Part shown: positions 15,852 through 19,687 of the stretch, in pieces
How positions within the stretch are numbered: position 1 is the stretch's first letter
Layout of the letters: every line of letters begins with the position of its first letter
Source: Candidatus Altiarchaeota archaeon
Lineage (GTDB): Archaea; Altiarchaeota; Altiarchaeia; IMC4; SCGC-AAA252-I15
Reading direction: 5' to 3'
DNA: 19,687 nt
Assembly: GCA_043800705.1 (NCBI GenBank)
Contig: JAZDMS010000041.1
Coordinates: forward strand, 1-19,687
The notes under the pieces: model-generated
What the model was told of the DNA's origin: nothing
The model's database searches: none
The model's input: only the letters and a program-made list of their open reading frames with translations
Program-made: the position numbers and the translations under genes

Positions 15852-17237
15852 ATGGCTAAGGTTAATGATCCTCACATCCCGGTTTCCCTTGACTGTATCA
15901 AGACGACAGCCGACATCAGGATACCGAAGGACATACTCGACCAGGTCATCGGCCAGCCGAAGGCCGTGAAGAAGGTCAGGCTCGCGATGAAGCAGCGCCG
16001 CCATCTCCTTCTGGTCGGGCCCCCTGGCGTCGGAAAAAGCATGCTTGCGCAGGGCCTCGCCAACCACCTGGAGCGGCCGACCGAGCAGATCAACGTCGTC
16101 AACAATCCAATGAACATGAACAAGCCGTTCGTCGAAGTGCTGAAGAACTACGGAGAAATCAAGCTCATTGATCCCACCGATGTTCCGGCCTATGTCGCAG
16201 AACAGCTCGGATTCAAGTGCCCCGTCTGCGGCGGGATGGGGAAGTATACAGTCAGCATCTGCGAAAAATGCGGGGAGAACAAGTTCAAGAGGATCACCAG
16301 GCGCGACGAGCTGAGGTCCAGCCGCTACGGCGCAGACGGCATAGAGCACGTGACCCTGTATCAGCGGAAAGGGGCTAGGGTCTCGATAGTCGGCGAAGAC
16401 CCGGAGACAAGGGCCCCGGACAAAAACAAGAGGCAAACGATCGTGCCCGCCAACAGGAAGAACTTCATACACGCGACGGGAGCAAGCGAGGTCGAACTTC
16501 TCGGGGACGTCCGCCACGACCCGTACGGCATGCACCCCGAGATCGGGACTCCGGCCTACCTGAGGGTCATCCCCGGCGCCATCCACGAAGCCCACCAGGG
16601 TGTCCTCTTCATAGACGAGCTGCCCCACCTCGGAGAGCTGCAGAACTACATACTCACCGCCATGCAAGAGAGGAAGTTCCCGATAACCGGCAGGAATCCG
16701 CAAAGCGGCGGGGCTTCGGTCAAGGTCGAGGACGTCCCATGCGACTTCATATTCATCGGCGCATGCAACATCAAAGATGTCCAGGACATACTCTCCCCCC
16801 TGCGTTCCAGGATCATCGGCAACGGATACGAGATTCTCCTCGAGACGACGATGGAAGACAACCCCGTAAACCAGGCATATGTGGCGCAGTTCGTCACCCA
16901 GGAGATAGAGAATGACAGGAAAATCCCCCATGCGACGGTCGAGTCAGTGGAGGCCATAATCGAGGAGTCCTCGAAGAGGGCTCGGATGATAGACGACCAG
17001 CGCAACTGCCTGTCGCTTCGCCTTCGTGACCTCGGCGGCGTCGTGCGCCTGGCAGGCGACTTCGCGACCGACGAAAAGTCGGAATACATAGAGATAGCCC
17101 ATATTCGGCAGGCGATAGAAGAGTCGAAGCCGATCGAGTACCAGCTGCAGGAACGCTACGGCAGCATATGGAAAGGCATAGAGAAGGACCAGGTCATCAA
17201 CCCCGAATACGGCAAGACGGGCACAAGCTACCTATAG
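15852..17237 (+). CDS. LonB-like AAA+ ATPase lacking the TM anchor and the protease domain
   Basis: DQVIGQ; Walker A GPPGVGKS; LLGDVRHDP; GAIHEAHQGVLFIDE (Walker B); PCDF; PLRSRI; LRLRDLGG. TATA CTTTATAG at 15821-15828. Confidence 0.88.
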   Translation: MAKVNDPHIPVSLDCIKTTADIRIPKDILDQVIGQPKAVKKVRLAMKQRRHLLLVGPPGVGKSMLAQGLANHLERPTEQINVVNNPMNMNKPFVEVLKNYGEIKLIDPTDVPAYVAEQLGFKCPVCGGMGKYTVSICEKCGENKFKRITRRDELRSSRYGADGIEHVTLYQRKGARVSIVGEDPETRAPDKNKRQTIVPANRKNFIHATGASEVELLGDVRHDPYGMHPEIGTPAYLRVIPGAIHEAHQGVLFIDELPHLGELQNYILTAMQERKFPITGRNPQSGGASVKVEDVPCDFIFIGACNIKDVQDILSPLRSRIIGNGYEILLETTMEDNPVNQAYVAQFVTQEIENDRKIPHATVESVEAIIEESSKRARMIDDQRNCLSLRLRDLGGVVRLAGDFATDEKSEYIEIAHIRQAIEESKPIEYQLQERYGSIWKGIEKDQVINPEYGKTGTSYL

Positions 17238-17242
17238 CCAAC

Positions 17243-17740
17243 ATGATATCCTACGCGGACCTCGAGAAGGCCTTTCGGCAGGAGCGCGCGGCACCCACCC
17301 TCCAGAAGCTGCCCGCCGACTTCTACGCAGACGCCAAATCCCTCCTGGAGAACCCCGACGTCGGCGACTTCAAGGAAAGCATCAGCCAATACCTCGAAAA
17401 GACGTTCTACATCAGGGCCAACAAGATAGTCCACTACGCCGGCAGGGCGGCACAGGACACAAAGCCCCCGGATAACATCCTCCAGGCCGAAGAGCCCCTC
17501 TACAAAGACCTCCTGGACGCGGTCGCCAGGCACAAGGCCGCATTATTGGATGCGAAGAGTGTGACTGTGCGCAGGGAGGCCCGGCCGCAGGTGAAGGTGA
17601 GGATACTCCAGGCGCTCCCCGCCATCGCGGGTTCTGACTCCAAGGAATACGGGCCCTTCAGGGAAGACGACGTCGTCGAACTGCCCGAAGACAGCGCAGC
17701 CCTCCTCATACAGAGGAAGATCGCGGAGAGGATGGGCTAA
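17243..17740 (+). CDS. DNA replication GINS family protein (Gins15/Gins51 type)
   Basis: ER...LQKLPADFY; RANKIV; C-terminal B domain VRILQALPAIAGSDSKEYGPFREDDVVELP...A.LLI. Lies upstream of rpl44e-rps27e as is common in archaea. Start at ATG 17243. Confidence 0.88.
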   Translation: MISYADLEKAFRQERAAPTLQKLPADFYADAKSLLENPDVGDFKESISQYLEKTFYIRANKIVHYAGRAAQDTKPPDNILQAEEPLYKDLLDAVARHKAALLDAKSVTVRREARPQVKVRILQALPAIAGSDSKEYGPFREDDVVELPEDSAALLIQRKIAERMG

Positions 17741-17770
17741 ATAGGCCTGCCGTAGAATGATTATCCGACC

Positions 17771-18331
17771 ATGGTGCGACTATCCAGACTGATAATCGAA
17801 GGGCAGCAGTTCGCAGGCAAGACCACCATAGCCAATAACCTGGCCAGGAGGTACCTCTGGGGCAATCCGTTCCTGTTCAAGCTCTCCGGGCCTTCGTCCG
17901 GAAATAAGGACAGATCGTTCAAAGGATATGTCGAGAACGTCCTCTTGGACTATTCGAACCTGTTTAGGCACTTGTCTGCCAACAGCATCATCTGCGACAA
18001 GTTCCACATAAGCGAACAGGTTTACGGGAAGGTATACAGGGGCTATGAGCACGACCCAGAGTTTATAGAGTCGGTGGAATCCATACTCCACACCCTCGGA
18101 TTCAAGCTGATACACCTCGAGATGGATGACAGACTCATCGAGGACAGGCTCGCCCTGAAGGAGGTCGAATTCCAGTGCAAACGCCAAAGCCTGCCGTCAC
18201 CGCCGGAGCAGAGGAGGATAAAGAGGCTCTATGAGAGATACGTGAACCGATCGAGGCTAGATGTCATAAGAGTCGACGTATCGGGAAAAAGCGTCCTTGA
18301 GACCGTTCAGGAGATAATGACCCAGCTTTAG
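17771..18331 (+). CDS. P-loop nucleoside-monophosphate kinase-like protein (thymidylate kinase-like, divergent)
   Basis: LIIEGQQFAGKTT; IICDKFHISEQVYG; LIHL...IEDRL. Confidence 0.75.
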   Translation: MVRLSRLIIEGQQFAGKTTIANNLARRYLWGNPFLFKLSGPSSGNKDRSFKGYVENVLLDYSNLFRHLSANSIICDKFHISEQVYGKVYRGYEHDPEFIESVESILHTLGFKLIHLEMDDRLIEDRLALKEVEFQCKRQSLPSPPEQRRIKRLYERYVNRSRLDVIRVDVSGKSVLETVQEIMTQL

Positions 18332-18340
18332 GGATCCTGC

Positions 18341-18359
18341 AAAAACGAACCTTTTTATA
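18341..18359 (+). promoter_or_regulatory. BRE/TATA promoter of rpl44e-rps27e
   Basis: Purine-rich AAAAACGAAC followed by TTTTTATA, ending 30 nt before the ATG. Confidence 0.7.
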
Positions 18360-18389
18360 CTGTCATGCCCTATTTCATAGACACAACTC

Positions 18390-18677
18390 ATGAAAATCCC
18401 CGACAAGATTAGAACCAACTGTCCGTCATGCAACAAGCACCAGCTCCACAACGTCAAGGTTGCCAGGAAGGGCAAGGAGCGGAGCATGAACAGGGGCAGG
18501 AGGAAGTTCGAAGAGGTCAAGAGAGGATACGGCGGAATGCCGAGGACCCCGAAAAAGCCCTGCTACAAGGTCGGCAAGCGGACTGTGCTGCTTCTGGAAT
18601 GCACCGTATGCAAGAAGAAACACCAGAGGGCGTACTCGGCCAGGACCAAGAAGACAGTGGAGATCGGACAACAATGA
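18390..18677 (+). CDS. rpl44e: 50S ribosomal protein L44e (eL42)
   Basis: MKIP..IRTNCPSCNKHQLH.V; GYGG; LECTVCKKKH. Confidence 0.96.
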   Translation: MKIPDKIRTNCPSCNKHQLHNVKVARKGKERSMNRGRRKFEEVKRGYGGMPRTPKKPCYKVGKRTVLLLECTVCKKKHQRAYSARTKKTVEIGQQ

Positions 18678-18871
18678 CAAACGATAGGAAGACAAGAAGC
18701 AGGTTCCTGAAGGTCAAATGCAACGACTGCGGCAACGAGCAGGTATTGTTCGGAGCTGCGGCGACTAAAAGCCTCAAATGCCTCGTATGCGAGAAGCCGA
18801 TGGCAAGGAGCACGGGCGGCAAGACAAAGGTAACTGCACAGATCACAACAGTCCTGGACAAAGACCTGTAA
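18674..18871 (+). CDS. rps27e: 30S ribosomal protein S27e
   Basis: SRFLKVKCNDCGNEQVLF...CLVC...STGGK; ATG 18674 overlaps the rpl44e stop (ATGA). Confidence 0.96.
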   Translation: MTNDRKTRSRFLKVKCNDCGNEQVLFGAAATKSLKCLVCEKPMARSTGGKTKVTAQITTVLDKDL

Positions 18872-18887
18872 AGGTTGAAGCCGAGCC

Positions 18888-18911
18888 CATACCGCACCTA
18901 CGTGCGGTATG
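18888..18911. repeat. Perfect 10-bp inverted repeat downstream of rps27e
   Basis: CATACCGCAC-CTAC-GTGCGGTATG. Confidence 0.8.
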
Positions 18912-18998
18912 TCTTGCAAACACTTGATGATTATAGCATCACAATCAAAGGAGATGAGGCAGGATAGAAACCTGTCATGATTTTACCCCGTGTTTGCA

Positions 18999-19421
18999 AT
19001 GGCCTACGAATACCTGGAACATACGGCGGATCTCAAGATAAAAGCCACGGGGAAGACCCTCGAGGAAGCACTGTCAGAATCCGCGAGAGCCGTCTTCGAG
19101 GCCATAGCCGGCAAAAGCAGGATAGAACCCAAGCTCGAGAGGGAGATGACGATAATCGTCCGCGAACCCGAGACCCTCGTACACGACTTCCTAGGCAGGC
19201 TGATATACCTTTTCTCCACCGAACACATCCTTTTCTCCGAGTTCAATCTAGTCCTTAAGGAGGCGATCGGATACAAACTCATAGTAAAGGCGAGGGGGGA
19301 ACCCTACGACCCGAAAAAACACAAGCTCATCAAGGAAGTGAAGGCCGTCACCTACCACGACATGAGGATTCTGCAGGTGGAAGACGGCACATGGAAGATT
19401 GAGGTCGTCTGCGACACCTGA
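18999..19421 (+). CDS. Archease (RtcB cofactor)
   Basis: YEYLEHTAD...G.TLEEA at the N-terminus; EVKAVTYH...VVCDT at the C-terminus. Start at ATG 18999. Confidence 0.95.
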   Translation: MAYEYLEHTADLKIKATGKTLEEALSESARAVFEAIAGKSRIEPKLEREMTIIVREPETLVHDFLGRLIYLFSTEHILFSEFNLVLKEAIGYKLIVKARGEPYDPKKHKLIKEVKAVTYHDMRILQVEDGTWKIEVVCDT

Positions 19422-19439
19422 AATCAGGTAACCATTGCA

Positions 19440-19447
19440 TTTTTATA
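19440..19447 (+). promoter_or_regulatory. TATA box with no long downstream CDS
   Basis: TTTTTATA, identical to the rpl44e TATA box; implies a start near 19470. Confidence 0.55.
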
Positions 19448-19467
19448 CACCAATATCGTATTTTGTC

Positions 19468-19591
19468 TTGTTGGGGTGGTGGCTGGATGGTTTATTTCTC
19501 TCACCCCCCTAGAGAGGATTTAGGTTAACCGACTCCCAAAAAGAAGGCCACCCCAACAACCTTCTTATCTCGATGGGATTTTTTCCTTTTT
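19468..19591 (+). ncRNA. Candidate structured small RNA, possibly with a 13-aa mini-ORF
   Basis: Perfect 12-bp pairing of 19468-19479 with 19548-19559; internal hairpins; upstream TATA; T-tracts at 19579-19591. Confidence 0.4.
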
Positions 19592-19686
19592 GCCGGCCTA
19601 ACTGCCCTCTTTTTCTGGGCCAATGCAAATGCTGCCGCTGTCGCCATAGCTAGTACTACGAGGTCGTAAAGCCTGAAAAGTTCAGG
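19525..19686 (-). CDS. 3' end of a gene starting beyond the window; C-terminal TM helix plus basic tail
   Basis: Hand translation: ...PELFRLYDLVVLAMATAAAFALAQKKRAVRPAKRKKSHRDKKVVGVAFFLGVG*. Confidence 0.55.
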   Translation of the reverse strand, partial: PELFRLYDLVVLAMATAAAFALAQKKRAVRPAKRKKSHRDKKVVGVAFFLGVG

Positions 19687-19687
19687 A

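Noticed and set aside
15810-16931. 373-aa antisense ORF over the Lon-like gene, and the many similar short overlapping ORFs in the track
   Set aside because: Antisense or off-frame shadows expected from GC-rich codon usage; the real frames carry clear family motifs.
18428-18673. Apparent N-terminal extension of S27e (147-aa ORF)
   Set aside because: It is an off-frame read of rpl44e; the S27e homology starts at ATG 18674.
18924-18980. Possible C/D-box sRNA (TTGATGA ... AGATGA)
   Set aside because: No CTGA D or D' boxes at suitable spacing.
19473-19555. tRNA- or tmRNA-like look: GGGGTGG/CCACCCC-A acceptor-like stem over 83 nt
   Set aside because: No D-stem pairing, no GTTCRA T-loop and no 7-nt anticodon loop; not called a tRNA.
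1-19687. CRISPR array, IS element, integrase, intein or defence system
   Set aside because: No spaced direct repeats, transposase/recombinase motifs or intein signatures were seen by eye.

Overview
GC-rich archaeal chromosomal segment: rpl44e, rps27e, Gins15, archease and a LonB-type ATPase are archaeal markers, and several genes have TATA boxes about 25-35 nt upstream with short or no leaders. The lineage cannot be fixed from sequence alone. Left part (1-15283) is a cell-surface glycosylation region: two SAM methyltransferases, two GT-C/ArnT-like membrane glycosyltransferases, a radical SAM enzyme, a GT2, three NDP-sugar epimerases, a pair of small DMT/ArnE-ArnF-like membrane proteins, transaldolase overlapping gmhA, a GT4 and gmhB. 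Right part (15852-19421) is informational: a protease-less LonB-like ATPase, Gins15, a TMPK-like kinase, rpl44e, rps27e and archease. Most notable items: a 435-aa orphan apparently built of four MerR/Xis-like winged-HTH units in an (AB)(AB) pattern; a stand-alone PTS-EIIB-like Cys-loop orphan; a promoter-bearing, potentially bistable structured RNA with a mini-ORF downstream of archease; and a tal-gmhA-gmhB heptose module next to an Arn-like flip-and-transfer module. No CRISPR array, tRNA, rRNA or transposase was seen.
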